A stretch of DNA of 60,626 nt, filler included, from Stramenopiles sp. TOSAG23-3 (Eukaryota), in NCBI GenBank assembly GCA_900128585.1. It is 12 parts of 12 records of this genome, joined end to end, with 100 filler letters (N's around TTAATTAATTAA, not from the genome) between each part and the next. Parts side by side here need not be neighbours in the genome. Positions count along the whole stretch, not along the records: positions 30,414 to 35,371 come from LT643653.1; positions 35,472 to 40,426 come from LT643654.1; positions 40,527 to 45,479 come from LT643655.1; 9 more parts are not named here. One strand, written 5' to 3'. The number at the start of each line of letters is the position of its first letter. Within the stretch, counting starts at the first letter, position 1. The notes beneath the pieces were generated by a model. The model did no database searches. It saw only the letters and a list, made by a program, of their open reading frames with translations, and was not told where the DNA came from. Position numbers and translations under genes: made by a program. Shown here one piece after another: positions 34,101 through 43,500 of the stretch.

Positions 34101-35371
34101 CTAACGCCAACCGACTGCCTCGACATCCTTGACTTTCGGTTACGACCCTTGGTTGAGCCTGCGTGAACTTCGTGGCTCCTAATCAACAAGCGAAGAAATG
34201 ACGCGAAAAGGACAGCAATTAAGTACACAGCAACGTGGACTGCCGTTACGGTTGGCTCTTGCTTTGTCTCCCCAATCTCCCTATTTTTGCTGAGATCATC
34301 GATGTAATCAATTATGACGTCGTCACCGCAAGTGTTGATTTCCGCTTGCAGTAAATCTTCTTCCGCGGATCTTTTCGAAAGGTCATAACATCCCCGTTTC
34401 TTGTTCTTAAAATTTGTTTTGCATGTGCTTGTGACCTGCGAAATAATCTTGTTAAACTCCAACTTTAGAAGCATAAAAATTTCGTCCAGGGCAAGGTGAA
34501 TTTTTGGTTTCTGGTTCCTGTCTCCATTAAATGCAGCAGTCATTAGCTGGTGGGCCAATTTATTAAATTCACCTTTGACGTCCGACAACTGGTTTATCTG
34601 CTTCACAATCCCATCGTTCAGCGTGGCCTCGCCCCCGCATTTCTGTTCCCATACTTCGCATATAGAGTCGCATTTTGGCAATAGCGTGCAGGAAGGCCCA
34701 CAAGTAGGCAGTATTGTGGAGCACATGAACATCGACGTTAGCTTGTAGCAATCTTCATTCACTTGCGTGCTTAATATATTTTGGAACTGGGCCCAAGCGT
34801 CATTGTAGATCTTATCAATAGTTCGGAAGTCATCATCTCGCTCCGAGGTACGGATGATATCTCTCAGCGGCCCTGTCGTCGCAGCAAACGGTCCACCACG
34901 CTCTGCCTCCTGCAAGCAAGGGCTTTTAAAATTAAAACGGTCGGCGACGATGGTGCAATTCATAGTCTTGGGCGGAACAGGCAAGGGTGTGCGGGAAGTG
35001 GATTCTACTGTGTGTTCGACGTTGGCAAGTAAGACGGGGAGAGCGGCAACCCAGATAAAGAAAGACAGCATTCTGACTTGTTTGGTTTCCCGCTGTTTTC
35101 GGCTTTCTTCAAACATATTTACCGCACGCATGGCAAATAAAATGATAACTACTGTCACGCTAACAGACGTCGCCGCGTAGTCTTTCAAATTCGTACTCGT
35201 CGACGCCTCGAACACAATGTATCCCGTAGCAACGAGGAAGGAAACGATGATCGTGATCAAGACCGTAGAAAATTGGCACGACACTCCGAACTGTTTATTG
35301 ACCCAAGACAACCGGCGATCCCGGGACGGGCGACGCTTCCCGCTTCTTCTAGTGCTTTTTCTGCCCCCCCC
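31109..35371 (-). CDS. Multi-pass membrane protein with a Frizzled-like cysteine-rich domain and C-terminal leucine-rich repeats; 5'-truncated
   Basis: Frame is open to the contig edge. CYKLTSMFMCSTILPTC...PKCDSICEVWEQKC matches Fz-CRD spacing; about 10 hydrophobic segments; LxxLxLxxN and plant-type L.GxIP LRRs. Confidence 0.8.
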   Translation of the reverse strand, partial: GGGRKSTRRSGKRRPSRDRRLSWVNKQFGVSCQFSTVLITIIVSFLVATGYIVFEASTSTNLKDYAATSVSVTVVIILFAMRAVNMFEESRKQRETKQVRMLSFFIWVAALPVLLANVEHTVESTSRTPLPVPPKTMNCTIVADRFNFKSPCLQEAERGGPFAATTGPLRDIIRTSERDDDFRTIDKIYNDAWAQFQNILSTQVNEDCYKLTSMFMCSTILPTCGPSCTLLPKCDSICEVWEQKCGGEATLNDGIVKQINQLSDVKGEFNKLAHQLMTAAFNGDRNQKPKIHLALDEIFMLLKLEFNKIISQVTSTCKTNFKNKKRGCYDLSKRSAEEDLLQAEINTCGDDVIIDYIDDLSKNREIGETKQEPTVTAVHVAVYLIAVLFASFLRLLIRSHEVHAGSTKGRNRKSRMSRQSVGVRRVTYLPITTREKLGLAVCGGLSLLLGAVMFWFSARKERLVADKFEARSEYWWIYCHCFLGIVSSYFAILQFSSILRGVTFLMGRSERQSVNRNSSSGLLIGNNSVVFRVQKFYMDNFGLRRGKFFFQKTFIMELIEIIIQFIGFTEFLSTANLLYTTFALVVMLANVVVSPLLILLRHRCSRNYGKFMVYIVDSVLDLNYLFITLWRGGEPLKGRKTTWFVNLLTLFPVVSILMRVASIMQNILQKSQKEAQARQSNLVRHLSRQVSKKRHSSKVLQALTRGEALFETITSWLIILVGTALICWTSIRLAITYDKCSGELGVLLWQNAFPKKMTLGGFSGEFSCGYENILEIKVHGLPIASIPEDIGKCVNLERLELTGNGLTALPTGLLLLQSLKRVDLSGNPVESKLILNDRNVNNEDDEHSFPTAFICQHMRHSLIFLNASNCNIKKLTPCIGGFDKLEYLGLSHNEISSTGIPREILALDWKNSFALDVRGNPAERSIVWRGRRANGKQVNAEFSRCDTFENCDALLFLKKNFPAVSRLDLSVNDLSQGTVVVEILNKFENLKYLNLSYNKFQTMFRARVEADDEKNDYASKWGKLEVIDLRDNGISTFDSEFSDFIETRNHNLTTRLTGNQQRLVVYRYVPITKFPFTILRESRSEVVMFHIRPDDVMRMEKNFTLGFFCSFTTLRHLALSKMSLHDPIDHFPDCFGEYEFISILLRDTSVNASFPQFLWNVSEVYLSYADNKNFSFNSVGFPPKISTLEHVLSLAKIGSPGYIHPDYELWTPRMVDFSVRESNLFGSLPRWNMSNLRLFDVRRNNLNGTIPRKLLMNNNLKVFRVQANPFLHGTLPRIPPSRAVQMDCILAHGTNLSGSIPEVYFEDFAGVLTLPIDNYNISNLTVMNNGQLPVCKIQTYVNKERSALVCTYHKVKCEAVQTSIGTTYIDDDSPAVICWGERWKVCLKDNPHVNFTQQETEGERGKFPSEYRLQYFKIAD

Positions 35372-35938
35372 NNNNNNNNNNNNNNNNNNNNNNNNNNNNN
35401 NNNNNNNNNNNNNNNTTAATTAATTAANNNNNNNNNNNNNNNNNNNNNNNNNNNNNNNNNNNNNNNNNNNNTTGTTTTCATTATTTCATATTAACCACTT
35501 TTAAACTACATATATATATTGGAATAATATATAGTTATATTCGAGAAGCGACGAGTCATTATTTCTAGTTGTATATAAATCCCTAAAAATAGAAATTCTA
35601 GAAAGCGTTTTGGAAAATAATAGAAAAGAGCCGGCATTTGCTGCTGTGGTGCTTATTAACAAAAGAACAGCAACAACAACAAAGAAGAAGAAGAAGAAGA
35701 AGAAGAAGAAAGAAAAAAAGTAGTAGTAGAATTTTTTAATGAATTACAATTATTAGAGAGTGGTCAATTGCTAGATAGAGCTAATGTAGAGGAGGGGTAT
35801 GAAGAGTTTCTATTGTTCCCGTCGCAGGTTAATTTTCTAAATGAAATATAAGGATTCTACTACTTCGTAGACAAATAATTGTAGGAAACATAGGTCCAAA
35901 AATCGTCTCGTAGGTACTAACTTGACTAAGCTGGCCAA

Positions 35939-36955
35939 ATGGGGAAAGGGAAAAAGGGAGGTGACAAGAAGAAGGCTGGGGCCGTGGCTGCTGACGCCTT
36001 GACTCCGGAAGAGTTTATTGCCAATTACAAGAAAGCGTGTAAGCTATTTGGTACTTCACCGGATGATCGTGTAGTGAACCATTTGTTAGATGAAGAGGCA
36101 GAGAACAAGACTTCTATGTTCACGGCTTCCACGATTGGCCCTGCCGGTGTACGGGCAATCTGCGCTGCGATTTTAGGAAAACACCCTGACTTTAAACCAA
36201 TGACGCCTTTTACTGCGTACACTTCCCTTCATTTTATGCGTGTTGGAATGGGGGCAGATGGTGCCAACTCCGTAGCAGAACTTCTCAGAACAGGAGGGGA
36301 ACAGAGTACCATACAAGCCCTCCGCTTATTGGATAACAGGATCGACGTGCGAGGGTGCAAAGCGCTCGGGGCCTCCTTGGGCTTCGGTTGCAACGTTACT
36401 TTAAAATACTTGTACATCAGCAACGACGATACTGTAGGAGACGATGGTTGCACGGCACTGTGTAGAGGCCTTCGAACTAATGGGAGCTTAAAAAAGCTGC
36501 ACCTGGAATATTGTGGGATAGGCGCAAAGGGTGCAAAGGGGATCGCTGGAGTCATTGGCTATGGCCGTACTGAAATTGAATCCATCAGCTTGCGAGGAAA
36601 CCAAATCGGTGGAGAAGGCTTAGTTACTATCTGCAAGCCATTAGAAACAAACACGAAGCTGACCTCTTTGAATTTGCAAGACAATTGCGTGTCATCAGAA
36701 CACCTGGAAGAGCTAGAAGCATTGAGAATAGCCTTGGATGCAAACAATACCCTGGAGGAGTTCATCTTTAGCGACAACCCCATTGGCGGAGAAGGCTGCA
36801 GTGTGCTGGCGCCCGCACTTCATAAGGACGCTAACAAAAATCTGAAAAGTGTACAAATTCATGCTAAAACTCCGAAGGGTTTGTTTGACGAATTGAATCG
36901 CGCTGGTGGGGGAGGGAAAAAGAAAGGAAAGAAAAAAGGAAAAAAGAAGAAGTAA
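35939..36955 (+). CDS. RNI-like leucine-rich-repeat protein with Lys-rich termini
   Basis: 28-aa LRRs (LKKLHLEYCGIGAKGA, LTSLNLQDN, ISLRGNQIGGEG); N-terminal YKKAC..G..P cap; GKKKGKKKGKKKK tail. Confidence 0.88.
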   Translation: MGKGKKGGDKKKAGAVAADALTPEEFIANYKKACKLFGTSPDDRVVNHLLDEEAENKTSMFTASTIGPAGVRAICAAILGKHPDFKPMTPFTAYTSLHFMRVGMGADGANSVAELLRTGGEQSTIQALRLLDNRIDVRGCKALGASLGFGCNVTLKYLYISNDDTVGDDGCTALCRGLRTNGSLKKLHLEYCGIGAKGAKGIAGVIGYGRTEIESISLRGNQIGGEGLVTICKPLETNTKLTSLNLQDNCVSSEHLEELEALRIALDANNTLEEFIFSDNPIGGEGCSVLAPALHKDANKNLKSVQIHAKTPKGLFDELNRAGGGGKKKGKKKGKKKK

Positions 36956-37430
36956 AGGAAGAACCGTTCTTTCATTTATAGCAAGTATTTGATGAAATCG
37001 TTGGTAGAGAATTTCCGTGTCAATTCTATGATTAAATACAGAAATAAAGTTTTGATGAGATAAGAAAACATATTATGGGTTCTTCTAAAAAAACTAAANN
37101 NNNNNNNNNNNNNNNNNNNNNNNNNNNNNNNNNNNNNNNNNNNNNNNNNNNNNNNNNNNNNNNNNNNNNNNNNNNNNNNNNNNNNNNNNNCTGTGTTTAT
37201 ATTCCCTCATCCCTAACATTATATTGTATGCTCTGATTATACTGTAAACTTAATAATATAAACACAGCATCAAACATGTTGGTAAAAAATGTGAAATGTA
37301 CGAACCACCGGTATACTCCTATTAGAGACTACGATAATACGCCTCGTTCAAGTACAGTCATTGGGGGTGTTGTCTGACTACCAGAAAGAAAAACATAAGA
37401 GAGAGGGCGTGCCTAAAATCTTTTACCGGT

Positions 37431-38445
37431 CGGTTTCTCCTAACGAGTGACAAATTCACCTAATCTGGGTACAACAGTAAGGAGATGTTGGCCTTCCTTA
37501 CAGCTAAAATAGTAAGGGGGGGATTCTCCTAACGAGCGACAAATTCGCCCAATACGGAGTACCAGTACTACAAGGCGACGAGGGTAGAAAACCGAGCGCC
37601 ACCTGTTAAAAAGTAATTTGCGTTCGGGTTGACCTTCGTTACAGATAAATAGCAAGAGCGGGTTTTTCCTAACGAGCGGAAAATTTGCGTCTATGTTCGA
37701 TAAAGATATCTTTACTGTGTCTATGGGAGAAAACCTAGCGTCTACTTAGTAAGAGCGGGTTTCTCCTAACGAGCGGAANNNNNNNNNNNNNNNNNNNNNN
37801 NNNNNGATATCTTTACTGTGTCTATGGGAGAAAACCTAGCGTCTACTGTTATAAAATAATTTGCGGTCGGGCTAATATATGCTAGGAGATGTTGACCTTT
37901 TTTACAGATAAATAGTAAGAGCGGGTTTCTCCTAACGAGCGGCCTTCTTTTTACAGCTAAATAGTGGGCGGGTTTCTCGCCTTTGGTACTCCACTCGTTA
38001 GAAGAAACCCGCTCTTCCTTTTGTACTCTACTCGTTAGGAGAAACCCGCTCTTCCTTTTTACTACAAATTATATTTTAGCAGTAGTCGCTAGGTTTTCTC
38101 CCATATAAACACACTATTAATACTGTTAAAATATCATTTTTTGCGTTCGGGCTATTAGACTAGTTTTATATTATGCTAAAGGCAGGAGAGAAGATGTTGG
38201 CCTTCTTTTTACAGCTAAATAGTAAGGGGGGGTTTCTCCTAACGAGCGGAAAATTCGTCCTACCGCCGCACGCGCCACGACGATAAATTAAAGATATCCT
38301 ATAGTGTACACTGTGTCTATAGATAAATGAAAATACATTATCGATTGTCAATCCAAACTCCTTATTATTTCCCTGTAACGACGGTCAACATCTATTACCA
38401 TTGTTGCAGCCCGACCAAATTATTTACTTAAACAGTAGACGCTAG
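37431..38445. repeat. Modular direct/inverted repeat array, core AAGAGCGGGTTTCTCCTAACGAGCGG
   Basis: Forward cores at about 37431, 37514, 37654, 37751, 37917 and 38224, a partial core at 37967, inverted cores at 37993 and 38030, plus shared accessory modules; N gaps at 37099-37190 and 37779-37804. Confidence 0.9.
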
Positions 38446-38698
38446 TAGGTCTGTACTTCTGGATGTTGGTAGGTACGAGTAGACACAAGTAAGTGCCGTC
38501 GGGGCATACCTTCGTCGGGTTCAGGCAGCAACCAAATGTTCGATGCATTCCTTTTAAAAGATTATGTTTTTTCAAAAGACAATAGAAAGGAAAAGTAAAA
38601 CACGATTTTGAGTTGACTCATACCGCTCCTTAATAGCTTGATAAACGTAGGCACTGGTCTGCACACTCACAATCGCAAGTCTAGCTGCTTTCCTGCCC

Positions 38699-39952
38699 AT
38701 GAAGCCTCAGTTGACCAAAAAAGAGTCCGTGGCGGCTGCATTTCGTGCTGCCAACATAAAGGGCATAGACTCGCACAAAAGAAAACTTAGGGATGGCGCC
38801 GATATCGGTAGTAAAACTTCCCGGCGAGCTCAGTTTATCCAAAAACTCTGGACAATGGTAAATGCTCCAGAGACGGCAGAATGCGTGGTTTGGGTGGACG
38901 ATGGAACAGCTTTCACGATCAACGACCACGATAAATTTTCGACGGAGATTTTGCCATTTTTCTTCAACCACCAAAATATGGCTAGCTTTGAAAGACAAAT
39001 GAACTTTTACAGCTTCCAAAAGATGGGGATAAACGAATTCGCTCCGTCGGGGAAGCGCTTCAAGCGCGGGTCCCCAGTCAAGTTCAAGCACACCTACTTC
39101 CGCCAAGATGAGCCAGAGAATCTAGGCCTCATCGTCCGGAAGACGTGCCCTCTGTTGCACGCAAATATGGAGAGTGAACTTACAGATCTAAACAAAGAGC
39201 TCCTAACTCTACGATATGAACGAAAACATCTTGAATCTAAGCTCAAAAGTTTGAAACGCTTCGTAGCCACAGACCAGAAGGATCCTGCTGTGGAGGGCAT
39301 GATCCAAGCCGCGCGGGATGTGTGGAACAAGGTTCACGCACAGGAAAGAGACGCGCAACTCGTAAACAAAAACGGTGCAACATCACATCATTTAACGACA
39401 GCCGAAGTTGCTGCTGATGCTGATTTAAATTTCACTAATTGCAATAGATCTCTTGACGGGTTTGCCTTGCCCGAGCTCCTCGATCTTGACGAATTTTTGG
39501 CAGAATCGTTCTCTTCCCAGGAAGACGTACTGCGAGACCGCGCCGCCCACGTATTCAATGGTAGCTGGGGGGAAATCGAGGAGCACCTGCAACTGGTTGG
39601 AAATGGGTGCAACACTCCCAAACGATTCCCTTGCAAACGACAGTCTTCACTTAAAAGGTCGAGTCCAAGGAAGGAGTGGAAGCCACGGAAAAAACTAAAA
39701 CTAGATGATGAACCTTGCCGTCCGCTGGGCATTGCCCCAATAACGCTGGAATCGTTAGAGTGCGGGATCGATTCTTTTTTGAGCAAAGATTTCTCAATTC
39801 AGGAGGCAAAACTGCCCTGTTCCTGGGACGACCTATATTCGTCGTCACCAAGGCAAGCTTCAAAGAAAAAGCTTGGACCATTCTATTTCGACATCCCACA
39901 CCTTTTGCCAGAGGATTTGAACGTGGCAGATTTGGTCAGTGCGTGGGCATAA
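38699..39952 (+). CDS. Heat-shock-factor (HSF) type DNA-binding transcription factor
   Basis: FIQKLWTMVN...W..DGTAF.I.D...F..EILP.FF.H.NMASF.RQMNFY.F.K...FKH.YF, followed by a heptad coiled coil. Confidence 0.93.
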   Translation: MKPQLTKKESVAAAFRAANIKGIDSHKRKLRDGADIGSKTSRRAQFIQKLWTMVNAPETAECVVWVDDGTAFTINDHDKFSTEILPFFFNHQNMASFERQMNFYSFQKMGINEFAPSGKRFKRGSPVKFKHTYFRQDEPENLGLIVRKTCPLLHANMESELTDLNKELLTLRYERKHLESKLKSLKRFVATDQKDPAVEGMIQAARDVWNKVHAQERDAQLVNKNGATSHHLTTAEVAADADLNFTNCNRSLDGFALPELLDLDEFLAESFSSQEDVLRDRAAHVFNGSWGEIEEHLQLVGNGCNTPKRFPCKRQSSLKRSSPRKEWKPRKKLKLDDEPCRPLGIAPITLESLECGIDSFLSKDFSIQEAKLPCSWDDLYSSSPRQASKKKLGPFYFDIPHLLPEDLNVADLVSAWA

Positions 39953-40526
39953 CCGAGAAATGGTCCAACAAGAACGCCCAGTCTAGTCACTTCTAAATAT
40001 TTTTCAAAATACGCACAAAAAATCTAATTCAGCTAAAAATCATTAAAAAACGTTTTACACTCTAAAAGAAGTCTAAAAATTAAATATTTATTTTAAAATA
40101 ATTGAATCTTTGAAAAAAATATAAAAGTCGCGTGTGTGGTGTGATACTTGGACTTGAACACAAAGCACCATTGTCTTCTCCTCGTTACCTTTTTCATTCG
40201 ACAATTAAAAACCTATTAGCTGCATCATCTCCTAACACCAAATCGGTCGAACAAATCATCTGAACGCGACGCACCGCAGAAGTCAAATTATAATTTTTTC
40301 CCTTCCTTCTGACCGTCCGTTTGCCGCGTGCAGAAAGGCATGGCTGCATAACCTCACTCTAGGCCAATCATTTTTGCAGCCATGCTAAAATCCCCGTCTA
40401 AATTCGGCTCGAAGCCGGCCCGCTTCNNNNNNNNNNNNNNNNNNNNNNNNNNNNNNNNNNNNNNNNNNNNTTAATTAATTAANNNNNNNNNNNNNNNNNN
40501 NNNNNNNNNNNNNNNNNNNNNNNNNN

Positions 40527-43500
40527 TTCTGGTATTGGCCTGTTGGACAAGACTTGCAATTCGTCTGCTGCTTTTGGTCCTGGTATTGGCCTGTTGGACA
40601 AGATTTGCAATATCCTTTTTTGGCTTTTTCGCAGTTGTCAAGGTATTGTCCTTTGTCACAAGTTGGGCAGGAGCAAGTCTTAGAGTAATATTCCTCGTAC
40701 CAATGATTCCAGCTAGGTTTACAACCACAATGGCCACAACCACAGCAGACCCAACAATGTGTAACTTTCACCCATTTGCAACAGTATTTACCTTCATCTA
40801 CTTTGTCTGGATCGCAACTACCGGCAACAACTGAAACAAGCGTCATAAATAGGAAGAATATTCTCCACCTACCACCTTGACCGCAACGGCCACAACCAGT
40901 GCGGTTTCTTCTGTAGCACCAACGGTAGCAGACGAAAACTGCGAAGGCGGCGGACAGAATCGAAACGCCATATTCCAATATCAGGTCTTTCACCCCCTCT
41001 GGTGAAATTGTCGCTGCTAAACTTAGAATAACGAAAAGTGCAACTACTTTCCCGTAGACGTGCGTACCCGTTGCTTGTGGTTTCTCAGGATAATACTCGG
41101 ACGTGATCTTTTGGAGGAAGTTTTTAACCATATTTTCTTTTGGCGCGTTTAAATTAGGCAAGTTTTCTGCTGCTTTTTTAGCATTAGCAAAAAACTCTTT
41201 TTCATTTTCGGAAATAAATTTATTTTCCAAGCGCTCGTTAATCTCCCATGCAAAGCGAGCTAGTTCAATTTCCATCTTCCATTCAAAAATACAATTATTC
41301 TTAGAATCCACGACATACTGCTTTAACGTTTTTAGTTGTCTGTTTTTAACGATATCTTCTTTTTTATCACAATTTTCTAAGAGTTTCTGTAACGCATACT
41401 CCACGTCGCCATTTTCTTCTAATAATTTTTTTAGGAATGTGTCATCTCCGGGTCCCCAACAAATCCTGTTTGCTCGTCTTAGAATATCAGTTGATTCAGC
41501 TTCCTGTGAGCTAATTGCATTTTCCTCCTCGAATAAAGCTCTTTTTTTAAGGATATTTTGGAAACATTTTTTCATTTTGACAAAGGTTAGGAAGCTAATT
41601 GCATTTTCCTCCTCGACAGCGTCTTTATACGTGTCACATGCGATGTCGAGTTCGGCTTGAAATAAAGCTCTTTTTTTAAGGATATTTTGGAAACATTTTT
41701 TCACTTTGACAAAGTTTTTCACATCAATGTAATCATTTGTGCTTATTGTTTCCGGCTCGTGGAAGCTATGCATCAAATCAATTTCGTTTTCTAGCAGGAG
41801 ATTTGGTTCGTTGCTAGTAGCGTCATCGTCATGTACATTTTTACAAAGAAAGCATTTTCTTAACTTCCTTTCGTCCCAAACTGGGTAAGTGCTAGTCGAG
41901 ACTCCCCCCCCAGGGCGAACTTCATCAACGGTAGGCTGAATTTCCTCGAATGATTGAGTGTTCACCAAGCGCGTAAAGAAACAATTGTCTATAATACAAC
42001 GGCATAATATGCATATGCATAATATGCCTAATATACAGGCGACGACGCCTGTATCTATAATCGCCTCATCCTTCCCACTCACTGGAGATACCTGGTGTGG
42101 TATAAGTTTGACTAGTACCTCATTGGAAGACACATTGTTAGAACCTTTCACACTATCGTGAACAAGAACTCGAAATGTGTTATTTCCGTCACTTAGGTTA
42201 CCTGGATTGACTTTAAGAAAATATTCAGGAGGTTTCAAATCTGTCTTAATATCCTTCCATGATGAATGGCGATCTTCGAACTGCCCTAGTTCCATCTTTG
42301 CGTTCATTTTTTTCTGCCAATAGTATTTCAGGCTCCCCATGTCCCCCCGTCTGTCTGGATCATTTGCATCTGCAACCAGAATAATTTTTGTTTTTGTTTC
42401 ATTCGTGAAAAGGAACGATACATTATATTCATCTCGCTTATTCGAAAAGGTGAAAATACTGACTGTTGGCGGCTTGTTCACACGTTTAATGGCGAACACA
42501 CAGGTATCAGTTCTCTGATGTTTATGGTAAGGTAGATCCCAGAGGGCATCCAAACACATTATATGAGTGTATGTATGATTGAAGACGAATGCGCGTGATA
42601 CTAAGCTTAGAAAGCTCGTTGCACTATATTGAGTAAGCCGAGTTTCTGCTATAATAAGGTCTAAGACGTTCGTTGTAAGTTTTACACGGTTTGAAAAAAA
42701 ACGCTGGAAAGCGCTTACCCACTCAGATGTGTCGCCTCTTAAGTCGAGTTTTAGTGTTGCATTCATAAAAACTTCGGTGCCCACATGATCAAGCTCGTAC
42801 TCTGTTGGACCATGATTAAGCCATTCTACCAACGGCCACGTCACATTGAACACAAAAGTTTTGTTGGCAGTTCGATTGGTTACTTCTTCCTTGACGCTTA
42901 CTAAAATTTGGTGTAGACCTGGTGTCAGATTACGGTATGTCCAAATGCCACGTTCTTTGTCTAACCACGGTCGTCTACCTTGAGGGACGCAATCACTAAC
43001 TTCTGCTGGGAGAACATTCGAATCCCACTTCACTGGCCACAAGCTAGTAGAGTATTTCTCATCGATTAAGTCCACTTCGCCATATGTGCAGGGAATTGAC
43101 TCATGTATCTCGCCAATGGGCCTCAATGTACTAAACTTGAGAGGTGGTAAAAAATACACGGGCACAGACTCATTATACTGTTTCCACCCGTTTGAGGTTT
43201 GCACTGTCACATTCACAACCAAATGGATTAAGAACGTAGTGGTAGTACTTAAACTTTCCCGCTTTTCTTTTTCCATTATACGTTTTGCAAAGTCACTAAA
43301 GTTTAATTGGTCATAGGAAAGATCACAATATATTATATATCGATGCCACACACCGTCCTGTTCACTGCCGTTCTTCTTTATAGCTTCCAAGGATTTCCAT
43401 GGGCTTCCCTCACTTGTAGTCTCCCAGCGCCATTGGACTTGGGAGATACTTTTAATCCACTTGAATGAATCTTTAGAATCGTTGAAAGTCATGTCGAAAG

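Noticed and set aside
37431-38445. CRISPR array
   Set aside because: Repeats occur in both orientations, spacing is irregular, the intervening sequences are themselves repeated, there are no cas genes, and the context is eukaryotic.
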